A stretch of DNA of 64,000 nt from a virus. The stretch spans positions 1 to 64,000 of IMG/VR virus record IMGVR_UViG_3300020477_001012; one strand, written 5' to 3'. This document shows, in pieces, positions 1 through 10,040 of this stretch (its first letter is position 1; every line of letters starts with the position of its first letter). Both the position numbers and the translations under genes were made by a program. The notes beneath the pieces were generated by a model that saw only the letters and a list, made by a program, of their open reading frames with translations, had not been told where the DNA came from and made no database searches.

Positions 1-1571
1 GAATTGTTAATAGCTATAGAGTTGGTATTAGAAATTCCAGATATAATCACACCGCTGGCCGAATTCGCTCGCACTTCAGTGGTGTTAGCAGTTATTTGAT
101 TTGTTAATGTGGTAGAGATGTTTGCGTCGTCGTTAATCGCGGCGGCTATTTCATTTAATGTGTCAAGTGTGGCTGGGGCGCTATCTATAAGGGCGGCCAC
201 CTTCATGTCGGCATAATCTTCAGCGTAGCCAGAAATACCAACACCACTCGCGGAGTTAGCGCGAATCTCTACTAGGTTACTAGCTATATTGGTAACATTT
301 GTAGCTATATTAGTTTTGTTGGCGTTAGCTATACCAGATATCACCACACCGCTAGCTGAGTTCGCAAGAATGTCCGCAGAACTACCGCCTCCACCCCCAG
401 CGGCAGCAATGCCAGATATAACTACGCCGGAAGCCGAATTAGCCCTAATTTCATTAAGCCAATATGTTCCAGAATTATTAATGGCTATAGAGTTGGTGTT
501 TGCTATACCAGATATAACAGCTCCACTCGCAGAGTTGGCCAAAATATCCGCAGAGCTGCCGTCACCCCCGCCACCTCCACCTCCACCGCTGTGGTCTTGG
601 CTATCTACATACGCCCTTGCCCATCCAGAAACAGCAACTTCCTGATTGGTGTAGGCAGTAGACTGCTCAGTGCCGTCAAGGAAGAGAACGGATGTAAATC
701 TACCACTACCCTTAACATCCAACTGGTAAGATGCGCTAGATTGATTGAGGGCGAGTTTACCGTCTTTATCCATCGCGGACAGAATGGTACCGGCAGAAGT
801 GGTCCATCTTTGTATGTCAGAAGCTAAGGAAACACCACCATTAACAGTAAGTGCAGGGTGCGCATTAGCAGTAGCGTTGATATGAATACCAGTACTACTG
901 GTGGCTTTGAAGATTGCATCGCCTTTGTTTGTAACCACAAAGCCCGGACCATGTTGCAAATCCACCCTGTTTAATGAGTCCCCAACCAGACCAATGCTGG
1001 CATCTTCAGCATAAATATACGCATAGGTCGGGGCAGCAGTTGGATCTGAGGGGGATGACTTTAATCCTAGCTTCCACTCTGGAGACGTATCCGAATCTGA
1101 ATACAGTGTAATGGTTCTGTCGTTGGAATCGTCCACATACGCATGGAAGAAACTGCCGGAATCTGTACGTCTGAGTGTTAATAGTCCGCTAGACAGTATA
1201 TCAGTAGAGGAAACACTGCTGGCTTTAATGTTAGTAGAAGAGAGGTCTAAGTCATTACTGGCATCTTTGAAAACCGCCCTCTTGGCCGTCAGTGTACAAA
1301 ATACACGAGACACACCATTTAACGAAATCTTACTGCCGCTGTTTGAGCTGTCAAGGACTGTATCCCTAGACAAGGAGTTGCCAGAAGACGAATAGGTGCC
1401 AATACCAATTTCCCAGTTGGCCTCATTTTCTATACAATAATAGGTAGTATTGCTATCTCCAATACCATTAGAGAAAGTTTGAAAACCACCATAAGCTCCA
1501 GTCAGAACTACAGACCCTGTTCCGCTGGTGATGGTAGTTTCTTTTACTCTATCTGTTATAATGAGCGCCAT
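1..1571 (-). CDS. Tail fibre/virion protein (runs off the window at position 1)
   Basis: Not in the ORF track because it is incomplete. ATG at 1571 gives MALIITDRVKETTITSGTGSVVLTGAYGGFQTFS, a common phage tail-protein N-terminus. It later contains NSASGVVISGIA repeats and the fibre motif DSAPATLDTLNEIAAAIND. Confidence 0.75.
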   Translation of the reverse strand, partial: MALIITDRVKETTITSGTGSVVLTGAYGGFQTFSNGIGDSNTTYYCIENEANWEIGIGTYSSSGNSLSRDTVLDSSNSGSKISLNGVSRVFCTLTAKRAVFKDASNDLDLSSTNIKASSVSSTDILSSGLLTLRRTDSGSFFHAYVDDSNDRTITLYSDSDTSPEWKLGLKSSPSDPTAAPTYAYIYAEDASIGLVGDSLNRVDLQHGPGFVVTNKGDAIFKATSSTGIHINATANAHPALTVNGGVSLASDIQRWTTSAGTILSAMDKDGKLALNQSSASYQLDVKGSGRFTSVLFLDGTEQSTAYTNQEVAVSGWARAYVDSQDHSGGGGGGGGDGSSADILANSASGAVISGIANTNSIAINNSGTYWLNEIRANSASGVVISGIAAAGGGGGSSADILANSASGVVISGIANANKTNIATNVTNIASNLVEIRANSASGVGISGYAEDYADMKVAALIDSAPATLDTLNEIAAAINDDANISTTLTNQITANTTEVRANSASGVIISGISNTNSIAINN

Positions 1572-1586
1572 CGTTTAACTCCTTAG

Positions 1587-2732
1587 TTATGCCTTGCAGC
1601 ACTTCTTGCCCTTTTTTTTCAACTCAGAAAGCTGAGTCTGTAGAGCTTGTATCTGCTCCATTATCTGCTCGGGCTGAGCGGTGCTGGTCGATGTATTATA
1701 TATGTTGTTCACCTCGTTGATTAACTGGTCCCACTGCTCAACTGGGAAGCTGTGCTCATTAACGAAGTGCTCTTTAAGGGGGGTCATGTCTAACCCAACC
1801 TCAGTAAATCCTAATATATAGTTTCTCACCTTGTCTTCTATATTAAGGGGATATTTAACCCCATCCGGTCTGTCAAATCTATGTACCCACTTCAAAAATG
1901 GAAGGCACATGGTCTTTCTTCCGGCACGCCTGTATTTCTCGTGTATAACGCACTCCTCTCCCCCAAACGCTCTGGCGTGCTCATTAAATTTCAACCAAGC
2001 GTTCTTTCTTGTTAAAAATAAGCCTAACCCCTGTGCAAACACCTCAAATGGAGAATCGTAAGGATCAAAACCAAGTGTAGAGTAACCTTCTTTTCTAAGC
2101 TTCCCCTCGTGCCCCCCGTATCCCAGCTCTGGAAGAGAAGTCTCGCAGTATCCACAGGTGGTTATTCTCTCTTGACTCGCTAAATCAACATATCCGCACT
2201 CGTTGTCTTTATTTATTACAGAGAAGTTGTACGCCTCGCAAATACACCTCCAAGCCTGACCCCACTGCCCCCACATCTGCCCACCCCAAGTGTCATTATA
2301 GTGAGTAGATATATTCCCCATACTATCATACACTAATGGCCCACAATACAGATCATCTGAGGTTTTATTGCAGCCTATAAAGTGAAAAAGTTGCTCTATA
2401 ACCTTTACTGTGGGGCATAATAACACATGGCAATCCATAACCATAACAAAACTGCCCGTAGCTTCTTCTATAATTTTGTTCCTAGTTGCAGATGTTCCCT
2501 GAACAGAATCCATATTGATGACTCTTATAGGTGTCATTCCTCCATTTTTACTTAAATTCTGAACGGCCTGAGCATGTTGGCTCTTCTGGTCATTCTCTAT
2601 AATTACGAATTCAATATTGCGTAACAAATCCGCCCTGTTATTAAATAGTAACTCTTTTCTGATGTCTTGAATAGTAAAATAGGCCCCATTGAAATCATTG
2701 TGGTGGGCCATTCCAATCGTTAATTTTTCCAT
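1587..2732 (-). CDS. Glycosyltransferase, GT2-like (GT-A fold)
   Basis: GTSATRN..I.EA.G.FVMVMDCH (DxD-like), GLGLF and FGGEE motifs typical of GT2 enzymes. Confidence 0.75.
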   Translation of the reverse strand: MEKLTIGMAHHNDFNGAYFTIQDIRKELLFNNRADLLRNIEFVIIENDQKSQHAQAVQNLSKNGGMTPIRVINMDSVQGTSATRNKIIEEATGSFVMVMDCHVLLCPTVKVIEQLFHFIGCNKTSDDLYCGPLVYDSMGNISTHYNDTWGGQMWGQWGQAWRCICEAYNFSVINKDNECGYVDLASQERITTCGYCETSLPELGYGGHEGKLRKEGYSTLGFDPYDSPFEVFAQGLGLFLTRKNAWLKFNEHARAFGGEECVIHEKYRRAGRKTMCLPFLKWVHRFDRPDGVKYPLNIEDKVRNYILGFTEVGLDMTPLKEHFVNEHSFPVEQWDQLINEVNNIYNTSTSTAQPEQIMEQIQALQTQLSELKKKGKKCCKA

Positions 2733-2766
2733 CTTAAATCTCCTACATTAAATTCCGTGAATATAA

Positions 2767-5127
2767 TTATAGTGGCATTCCGGTGCTGGTCGTTGTTCCC
2801 GGCTCCGATGTTGTGGTTGTGGAAGTTGTCGTGGTTGTACACGTCTCACCATTGTAAACAGTCCCATACGGCGACGAACCATCTGAACCACAGCACGAAT
2901 TAGGGTACCAGAATCCATCATCGCAGCACGATATAACTGCAAGGCAACCGTCTCCACCGCCACCGCCCCCTTCATCAATACAGGGTATAGTGCAAAATAT
3001 GGTATCTATCCCCTCCGTGGAGTACACCCCGCCAGCAGACGTACATGCTGTCTCGCCATCAGATCCTTCCTCTGGAGGGTCGCCACATTCACAATCGCCA
3101 GAACAATCATCCCCACCAGACGACCACGGACCACCATCACCAACAGTCTTGAACCAAATACAGTCTCCACAATCCGGGCTACCAGTGGTGGTAGTAGTGG
3201 TAGATCCCCCCGGGCCGCCAGTGGTGGTAGTAGTGGTAGATCCCCCCGGGCCGCCAGTGGTGGTAGTAGTGGTAGATCCCCCCGGGCCGCCAGTGGTGGT
3301 AGAGGGTGATGACGTAGTAGGCTCACTAGTAGTAGTAGTGGTGCTTGTTGTACTCTGAGTAGTAGGCCCACTAGTGGTGGTTGTTGTCGTTGTGGTCGTA
3401 GTAGTAGTTGTGGTCGTAGTTGTTGAAGTTGTGCCGTCTGTGCAGTCTGTGTTGCAATTACTTAAAGTTTTAGTGTCCCCATGTGTACACTGATGGCTCG
3501 CACTATCATCACCTTCGCTTGGACAACAGCATTGCTCTCCCCCTCCGGGTGGAGTACCACAATTATTAGCAGAAACTTCCCACTGTAGGACGTAATAATC
3601 ATAAAATGGTACCCACTCGCACGAATAGGTGCAAGTGCCCGGACACTCTGGCCCTTCGGTGGTGGTTGTAGTGGTCCCCTCACAATCTACCTCACTGCAA
3701 ATTTTGTCCTCAGTCCAAGAAACAACACAGTAATTACCCGCCGGGGTGGCATCCACAGAGAGAGCGTCACATTTCAATTTAGTTTGGTTGTCGGCGCAAT
3801 CAACGTCCTCTGGATCATCAACACACGGCCCCGAATAAAAACAGCAAGCCCCTCTAGGCCCCTCTGTGGTTGTTGTGGTCGTTGTGGTTGTACAAAGATT
3901 ACAGTTGCCGTCTATGTCATACCACCCAGTAGATGGCCATGTAGGATGTTTAATGGCAACAATCTCACTACAAGTGTATAGCCCGGAGTATTCACAGGTT
4001 GTACTTGAAAAGCAATAGTCTCCAGATTCATGACAACAGGTAATGCCCGGGCAGATGCAATTATGTACGGCTATACCCTCCACAAAATAAACGTGATTGC
4101 CATCCAACCCTAAATCATATAATTTCGTATTAGGATCGTCCTCACGAACCTCGATACTATTAATCTCCACTTCTCCAGCGGGAGAAAGGATCGTGTCACC
4201 AATAGAGAGATCCCCGTTGAACTCTATGTGGGGGTATAGCTCTTCGGATAATTCCGAGTTAACAGATTTAAACCCATCCTGAGTATATATGGGGTGGTCA
4301 TAACTAACAAAGAATTTAGAGTCATTTATAGAGACTAACTTCCTACCACCCAATACTGTTCTCTCTAAATCCAGAACTGTATTATTGGAGTCTAGCGATT
4401 TAACCTCATCACCGATCTCCACGTTCTCGATAGTCTTGTAAGACCCGTCGCTCATTAGCACTTGAGAGCCTGCAATAAAGCATGTCCAAAGTCCTCCGGG
4501 GCAACAAGGCTCTACGTCATTGCAAGAGCAGGGCACGCCAGAGGTGAATATTGGCAGGCCGTCATTAACACCACCAAGCGAATACTTAACTATGGTAACT
4601 GGACCGCGATTATTTAAAGCCAAACACTCATCCTTGCCATTCTGGGGGCCTGACGTACACAGCTTGCAATTGCAATTGTTACAGCCATCACCCGCACAGC
4701 AAGATGAATCCTGATCTTTGGCCCCACCGTCAGGACATGTGGAGGCTAGGTAAGAATTAAAGTGAAAAGAATGGTTTTGCCTGCCATTAATAACTGCGTC
4801 TTTTTCGCATGTTCCTGATGGAACCGCATTTTGGCACGCCCTGTTAATATCCCCAAACGGTGGACTGAAATAGAAACAGCACGATCCTAGCAAGTCACAA
4901 GCCGGTTCGGGCCAGTCTGTTCTCTCTGTGGGATAGTTGTTCTCAACCCTTAATTGAGCGCACGTCTTATTGGGATGGTGAATGCCCATCTCTTTTAACA
5001 TGCAGTCGCTGTACTCCACGTTATCATCACAGCGGGTGTATATCTCACCTTCAACCTTAGAGCAGCAAGCTCCGGGGTCGGGTGGTGGCGGCGGGGTGAC
5101 ACCTGAACATTGACAACAGAGAGTCAT
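2767..5127 (-). CDS. Cys-rich, Thr-rich (mucin-like) putative virion protein with an internal Hint/mini-intein domain
   Basis: Repeated GACC/CC modules and poly-Thr tracts; Hint domain running from CFIAGSQV to LYDLGLDGNHVYFVEGIAVHN|C. Confidence 0.75.
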   Translation of the reverse strand: MTLCCQCSGVTPPPPPDPGACCSKVEGEIYTRCDDNVEYSDCMLKEMGIHHPNKTCAQLRVENNYPTERTDWPEPACDLLGSCCFYFSPPFGDINRACQNAVPSGTCEKDAVINGRQNHSFHFNSYLASTCPDGGAKDQDSSCCAGDGCNNCNCKLCTSGPQNGKDECLALNNRGPVTIVKYSLGGVNDGLPIFTSGVPCSCNDVEPCCPGGLWTCFIAGSQVLMSDGSYKTIENVEIGDEVKSLDSNNTVLDLERTVLGGRKLVSINDSKFFVSYDHPIYTQDGFKSVNSELSEELYPHIEFNGDLSIGDTILSPAGEVEINSIEVREDDPNTKLYDLGLDGNHVYFVEGIAVHNCICPGITCCHESGDYCFSSTTCEYSGLYTCSEIVAIKHPTWPSTGWYDIDGNCNLCTTTTTTTTTEGPRGACCFYSGPCVDDPEDVDCADNQTKLKCDALSVDATPAGNYCVVSWTEDKICSEVDCEGTTTTTTEGPECPGTCTYSCEWVPFYDYYVLQWEVSANNCGTPPGGGEQCCCPSEGDDSASHQCTHGDTKTLSNCNTDCTDGTTSTTTTTTTTTTTTTTTTTSGPTTQSTTSTTTTTSEPTTSSPSTTTGGPGGSTTTTTTGGPGGSTTTTTTGGPGGSTTTTTTGSPDCGDCIWFKTVGDGGPWSSGGDDCSGDCECGDPPEEGSDGETACTSAGGVYSTEGIDTIFCTIPCIDEGGGGGGDGCLAVISCCDDGFWYPNSCCGSDGSSPYGTVYNGETCTTTTTSTTTTSEPGTTTSTGMPL
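3182..3300. repeat. About 3 perfect 36-bp tandem repeats encoding GGPGGSTTTTTT
   Basis: The unit ccagtggtggtagtagtggtagatccccccgggccg is repeated directly. Confidence 0.9.
4060..4482 (-). other. Hint domain / mini-intein (141 aa, no endonuclease)
   Basis: Cys1 (CFIAGSQVLM), block B SYDHPIY, terminal His-Asn followed by Cys+1. Confidence 0.8.
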
Positions 5128-5138
5128 TTATTACATCC

Positions 5139-7808
5139 TTATGAGCTGCCGGAACAACTGACGTAAATAGGTCGATTCTCCCCATTGATTCTGGCGGTGA
5201 TAACGAAGGCGGTTCCACCAACCGCACCCGGGCCGTGTATGTTAACTGTAACATCTCTGTTGGTTACCCAGATTTTTTCAGCAGAAGCAAAGCTGCCGTT
5301 TTTAATAGTCATTAATCCGCTGGTTGGAGAGGTGTAACTAGATGGGGCATAAATATATTCATCCATAAAGCCCTCATGGTGACCGAACCAAGCCTCTGAT
5401 GCCGACCCATCCACAATACTAACAAAGTCCCCAGAACCATTAATATGGGCCAATCGGGAGTCATCGTCATGCCAAGTTTGCACCATGTTGGTGTTGCTAT
5501 GGTTAACATTGGTGTTGTCTTTCCTGACTGAAAGCGGAGCGTCGGGAGTAAGAACAGCATCACCAATGGATACCATTTTCGCATCTGTTCGACCAGCTAT
5601 GGTATTTTGTATGTTCAATCTAGACGAAAGGTTTCCAGATGCATACATCAGCCGCTGATTGTCAAGAAGTCCTGTAACTATTTCTATGTTTTTAGAGCCA
5701 CCCTCAGCAGCAGAAATCTCACCCCGCAACGCATGCTCGCCAATACCAATACAGTTAGCGTTAGAACTATTCAATCCTGCATTAGATCCAATGAATATAG
5801 AATCTGAAGAAGAGTCTGCATTCTTGCCAGCACTGGTTCCTAAGAAGATGGAGTTGTCAATATTATCAGAATCATATCCAGCTTGATAACCAATAAATGT
5901 ACAGGCAGTATCTGTAGCCAGACTAACATTGGGTGTGGTAGCATAAGCTCCAGCCTGTGTGCCGAGCATGATACTATGCTTCCATCCCGTAGCTCCCGGG
6001 GCTACGTCGCAACCAATAAAGATGCTGCCGGAGTTGAGCGTAGTGCTAACATCAGCCTCAGCGTTACTGAACAGATAATTGCAATTATTAGCAACGCTCG
6101 CAAAACCACTACCCACATAGTTAGAAAGCGATTGAATACTCATTTTGGATATAACATCCGAAGAGCCTGACGGAACCTGTATGGCTATATAACTGTCAGC
6201 ACTTGTGACGGATGGTGTAGCAGAGCTGGCAAGTTGCAGATCAGTGAAATCTAAGGTGAAGATAGTTTTATCACCAACCACTGTGGAGGCAACTCCAGAA
6301 TCAGAGCCAAACTGTATAGCGCTGGCGCCTCCTAGAGATGTGCCGTCAGCAAATCTTATCTTTCCAGCAACCCGAAGATCTCCACTGATGGCAACAAAAG
6401 GCACTCTGGGGTTAGCGGAGGTAAAAATGGGCGAAACGTTGAGTGTTCCGCTGGGGTCAAAATCGACCAGAGTTTGACTCGCATCGAACTTATTACTAAA
6501 CCTTAAAGACATTACCCCTCTTGACTGTAGAGAGGATAGCGTGTCTTTTAGATTTATTACGCCAACTTCGCGGGAATACTCTACTTTGTTACTAAGGCTA
6601 AACTGATACTCGGAACTGTCTAAAGAAAATTCTGCTGGGCTGGAGGAAGTGGATTTTAATGCAAACCTTTTCCCATCTGTTCCTCCCAAGGAGCCTTCGA
6701 CAAGGGGGTCGGAGCCAAACCCTACCGCAAAAGTATAGTCCTCTGCGTCGTCGGAATTATACAGTCCGGTACCAATAAGTATAGAGTTGCTCTGCGACTC
6801 CGTGGATACCGTAGACAGATCGGCGGGGCTTGAGTTTCTGAAGCCAACAATGATGTTGCCATTGCCATAATTGTGCGTATAATTTAAAGTACCCAAGATG
6901 GTGTTATAATCATTCGAGCCAACTCCGCTACCACTTAAGTAGCCAAGAATAGCATTTCCTACGGCACTGTCGCTTAAAGAGTACCCGGCGGCATAGCCCA
7001 GTAAAGTGTTGTTAGATCGTGTTGAAAGTGCCACTCTTGCGGACGACTGAGGAGATAACCACCCACCGTATGTGTTGCCGTACTGATCCCCGTACAGCAA
7101 TCCGTTTTGGGAGTCCAGCTCTGGTCGTGGGGTGAGGTTAAACTCATTGCCACCACCATCCAAAAAGAATAATCCGTGAGTTTGGCTAGCCTCAACCTGT
7201 GGTTTAACGTATATTTTACCAAAGCTAGATGAAGTCGAAGGTTTTAATGTTTGAGCTTTAAGGGCAATTGTTCCGCTGGCAGAATCATTGTGAAAAACCG
7301 TAAGCGGAGAAACTGGGGTGAAAATTCTATAGTCATTGTCTTTTGTAGAACCTAACCCAAGGAACCCGTCTTCCGTAACAGACAAGAATCCAATCTCCCT
7401 GCCCACTTCTCCACTGGGTCTAATAAGGGAGAAGTCCACAACTGATTTATCTACAGCTCCCGTGTTGACATCTCCGTATGGATTAGAATACGAAGTGTCA
7501 TCATTTGCAGGATTGTATGAAATATGCAGGCCCGACGCTTTAGAGTTTCCATTGCCTAAAAGCTCTATATTGCTACGATTTAATCCTGAGCTGGCAAGTC
7601 TAATGTTAGATTCACCCGCAGACTGAACGTTAAGTATTGTCTCAGGTAAAATAGGCGGGTCGCTTGCTGAATGTGTTAAATTCGTAATGCCTACCAGACC
7701 GGATTGTGATACAGTCCCGCCGTGGCGCAAAATTGTTACGGCCTCGTGCTCCTTGGAGCCTCCGTTGTGAATGTGTACTGAAAACCTATCTTTTTTCCCA
7801 TGCGCCAT
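5139..7808 (-). CDS. Tail fibre/adhesin-like structural protein
   Basis: Gly/Ser-rich with many N/S-x-x-[IL]-G-x-x-A-G beta-roll repeats; located in the structural block. Confidence 0.6.
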   Translation of the reverse strand: MAHGKKDRFSVHIHNGGSKEHEAVTILRHGGTVSQSGLVGITNLTHSASDPPILPETILNVQSAGESNIRLASSGLNRSNIELLGNGNSKASGLHISYNPANDDTSYSNPYGDVNTGAVDKSVVDFSLIRPSGEVGREIGFLSVTEDGFLGLGSTKDNDYRIFTPVSPLTVFHNDSASGTIALKAQTLKPSTSSSFGKIYVKPQVEASQTHGLFFLDGGGNEFNLTPRPELDSQNGLLYGDQYGNTYGGWLSPQSSARVALSTRSNNTLLGYAAGYSLSDSAVGNAILGYLSGSGVGSNDYNTILGTLNYTHNYGNGNIIVGFRNSSPADLSTVSTESQSNSILIGTGLYNSDDAEDYTFAVGFGSDPLVEGSLGGTDGKRFALKSTSSSPAEFSLDSSEYQFSLSNKVEYSREVGVINLKDTLSSLQSRGVMSLRFSNKFDASQTLVDFDPSGTLNVSPIFTSANPRVPFVAISGDLRVAGKIRFADGTSLGGASAIQFGSDSGVASTVVGDKTIFTLDFTDLQLASSATPSVTSADSYIAIQVPSGSSDVISKMSIQSLSNYVGSGFASVANNCNYLFSNAEADVSTTLNSGSIFIGCDVAPGATGWKHSIMLGTQAGAYATTPNVSLATDTACTFIGYQAGYDSDNIDNSIFLGTSAGKNADSSSDSIFIGSNAGLNSSNANCIGIGEHALRGEISAAEGGSKNIEIVTGLLDNQRLMYASGNLSSRLNIQNTIAGRTDAKMVSIGDAVLTPDAPLSVRKDNTNVNHSNTNMVQTWHDDDSRLAHINGSGDFVSIVDGSASEAWFGHHEGFMDEYIYAPSSYTSPTSGLMTIKNGSFASAEKIWVTNRDVTVNIHGPGAVGGTAFVITARINGENRPIYVSCSGSS

Positions 7809-9397
7809 TACTTGTCCTCCTCGTCATGGTACTGTATACTGAAGCCGCGTAGAGAAGTTTTTAGTCGGGAACCAAGCATAACAGAAATTTTAACTCCAGA
7901 ATCTACAGAGCCATATAATGTAGAAAAGTCAACGCCGCTAGATGGGTGTAACCCAGATCTTGATATAAAGTTAACGTCTTGTATGTCACTATAATTGGCG
8001 TTTGCGTGAGCTTGGTCGCCAACAAAGAGTCTATTCTTGTGCGGGTGAGTAACTGTCGTGGGTTGATAGTTTCTCATGAATAAGCCAAAGCACCCACTTT
8101 GTGTTACTAGGGCTAATTTTTCTTTACCTAGCACCCTGTCTGTTTGTAAGTGTTTACCGGACTCTATGTGTAACGATATATTAGAATGCCACCTAGAGCG
8201 AGCGAAATGGCTGTCCTCTTCTAGGCAAGTAATGTTGGGGTCTGGAAATTTATATATGAACCTATAGTCTCTTCGGTAGTCATAGCCGCTAGAGTGGACC
8301 TCAAACCCAGCGCCGTCTAACGCTTCGTCGCTTAAGTAGCCACACACCGAGGAATTATGAAAACCTAGCCCTTCTGTGTCGCAGAAGCCACTGGTTGCTA
8401 AATGAAGAGTCTTGCAGTCATACAGACATTCATTAATGTGATTGTAATTTACATCGTTAGCATGCAGCATACCACTAACAACTAAATCATTGAAGTAACC
8501 ATCCCATAACAGCTTCTTTCCAGCAACCGTTCCGTCAGAATACCCCAAGGCGTATATGCCATTTTCTTCAGGAACTATATGTCCCTTAACGGTGACTAGC
8601 CCTTGGTCGCCAGAAGGAGTGCTGGTCCCAAAGCCAACCTTTCCGCCTGAAAAATAAATAACCTCGTTAACAGATTTCCAAGAATACGAAGATCTGCCCA
8701 CATGTCCAAGGCCACTACTATATGGGGCTATGTCTCCAGATACTTGCAACTCCCCAAAGTTATGAAGGGTCTTTACGCCCACTCCCAACTTCCGGTTCTT
8801 TAAGTCCCCGAAAAGCAGCGGTGGGTCACCTGAGCCTGCCTGTATATCGCAAAGGCTATCTGCATCCAAGCCGTCAAACGCAGCGACATAAAAATTGTGA
8901 CTGCTGTCTTCTCCAATGTAATGCCCGGCCCCGTGGCCTATAGCTATGTTAAAGCTACCTTTTTTGCTAGTCTGTAAAGAAAAGTTGCCAACACCAACGT
9001 TTCCAGAACCAGTCACATTGCCAGCTACAGCGTTATATCCAACCCCAACATTGTGGGTGCCCATTAGGTTACACCCAAGGGCGTGGGAACCTAGAGCAGT
9101 ATTCTCACTCCCTGTATAATTAGCGCCTAATGCGTAATAACCATAAGCAGAGTTGTCTACACTAGTTCTGCCAACTAGATCCATCTTTCCTAAAGCCAAG
9201 TCTCCACCCCTAGTCGTTCTGACATCGGGGGAAGAAAAGTTGTAGGTATTAATCTCCTTGTTGTCCAAGAAGTTGTGGACAGAGTCTACTAGGTCTATCA
9301 GGCTATTTCTTACATCTGCTGGAGATATCTCCTGAGTGGAGTTATCTTTCAGTAATACGTTGATAGAAGATATGTACTCTGACTTGGACAGAATCAT
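7808..9397 (-). CDS. Tail fibre/adhesin-like structural protein
   Basis: NSAYGYYAL / NTALGSHAL / NVGVGYNAV beta-roll repeats; translationally coupled to the downstream gene. Confidence 0.6.
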   Translation of the reverse strand: MILSKSEYISSINVLLKDNSTQEISPADVRNSLIDLVDSVHNFLDNKEINTYNFSSPDVRTTRGGDLALGKMDLVGRTSVDNSAYGYYALGANYTGSENTALGSHALGCNLMGTHNVGVGYNAVAGNVTGSGNVGVGNFSLQTSKKGSFNIAIGHGAGHYIGEDSSHNFYVAAFDGLDADSLCDIQAGSGDPPLLFGDLKNRKLGVGVKTLHNFGELQVSGDIAPYSSGLGHVGRSSYSWKSVNEVIYFSGGKVGFGTSTPSGDQGLVTVKGHIVPEENGIYALGYSDGTVAGKKLLWDGYFNDLVVSGMLHANDVNYNHINECLYDCKTLHLATSGFCDTEGLGFHNSSVCGYLSDEALDGAGFEVHSSGYDYRRDYRFIYKFPDPNITCLEEDSHFARSRWHSNISLHIESGKHLQTDRVLGKEKLALVTQSGCFGLFMRNYQPTTVTHPHKNRLFVGDQAHANANYSDIQDVNFISRSGLHPSSGVDFSTLYGSVDSGVKISVMLGSRLKTSLRGFSIQYHDEEDK

Positions 9398-9419
9398 AAC
9401 TCAGGCCCCTGCGTAATAT

Positions 9420-9899
9420 TTATTGAAAACTAATTTGCAGTGTCGACACGTCAAATTTAACTGTGTCTCCAGTATAGATAATGCGAGGGTTGTCCAAAGC
9501 TGCATGCATAAGGAGATTGCCAACTCCATACTCCCCAGAGTCAACAATCGCAATACCAGACACCCACCCCCAGTCTGTCAAAGCTGCCGTGCCCTCACCC
9601 TCGTCAAAAAGGAATGAAGACTTATTTTTGATCAGTCCACTTCCAGCGGCGTGATCTTCAGTAGTATAATCCCACTTGGTATTTCCTATAGTGGAGGGGT
9701 TGCCTAAGTCTAGCCTAGCGTATCCAGTTCTAGTTACACCGTCTCCAGAAGACATCTCTGGAATAGTTGCTCCGGTATCAGAATCCAGTGGGACTCCACT
9801 ACACAGCGCAATGGCGATATTGGCTGGCTTTGCAAAGGTTTCCCCCCTAAAAACATGATGGAGAAGCCCAGATTCTAAATAATCTGATAGAGCTGCCAT
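9420..9899 (-). CDS. Phage virion/tail protein
   Basis: MAALSDYLE...GYAR...DWGWVSGIAIVD...GNLL...GDTVKF pattern common in phage tail proteins; ATG at 9899 follows an AGGAG RBS. Confidence 0.65.
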   Translation of the reverse strand: MAALSDYLESGLLHHVFRGETFAKPANIAIALCSGVPLDSDTGATIPEMSSGDGVTRTGYARLDLGNPSTIGNTKWDYTTEDHAAGSGLIKNKSSFLFDEGEGTAALTDWGWVSGIAIVDSGEYGVGNLLMHAALDNPRIIYTGDTVKFDVSTLQISFQ

Positions 9900-9955
9900 A
9901 ATAAATTTCTCCTTAGAAAATCCTGTCAATAAACACTTTACAGTGTATTATACAC

Positions 9956-9993
9956 AAAAAAAGAGCCACCCCCAACAATAGAGAGTGGCTCTT
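9956..9993 (-). terminator. Intrinsic terminator after the major capsid gene
   Basis: AAGAGCCAC...GTGGCTCTT inverted repeat followed by a T-run on the minus strand. Confidence 0.6.
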
Positions 9994-10040
9994 AGTGAAG
10001 CGTGAAAGTACTGCATCACCTTATATAAGGTATCCAAGCA

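Noticed and set aside
289-1395. Plus-strand ORFs (289..645, 591..827, 1111..1395) and similar antisense ORFs throughout
   Set aside because: They are shadows of longer opposite-strand genes that have recognisable motifs and RBSs.
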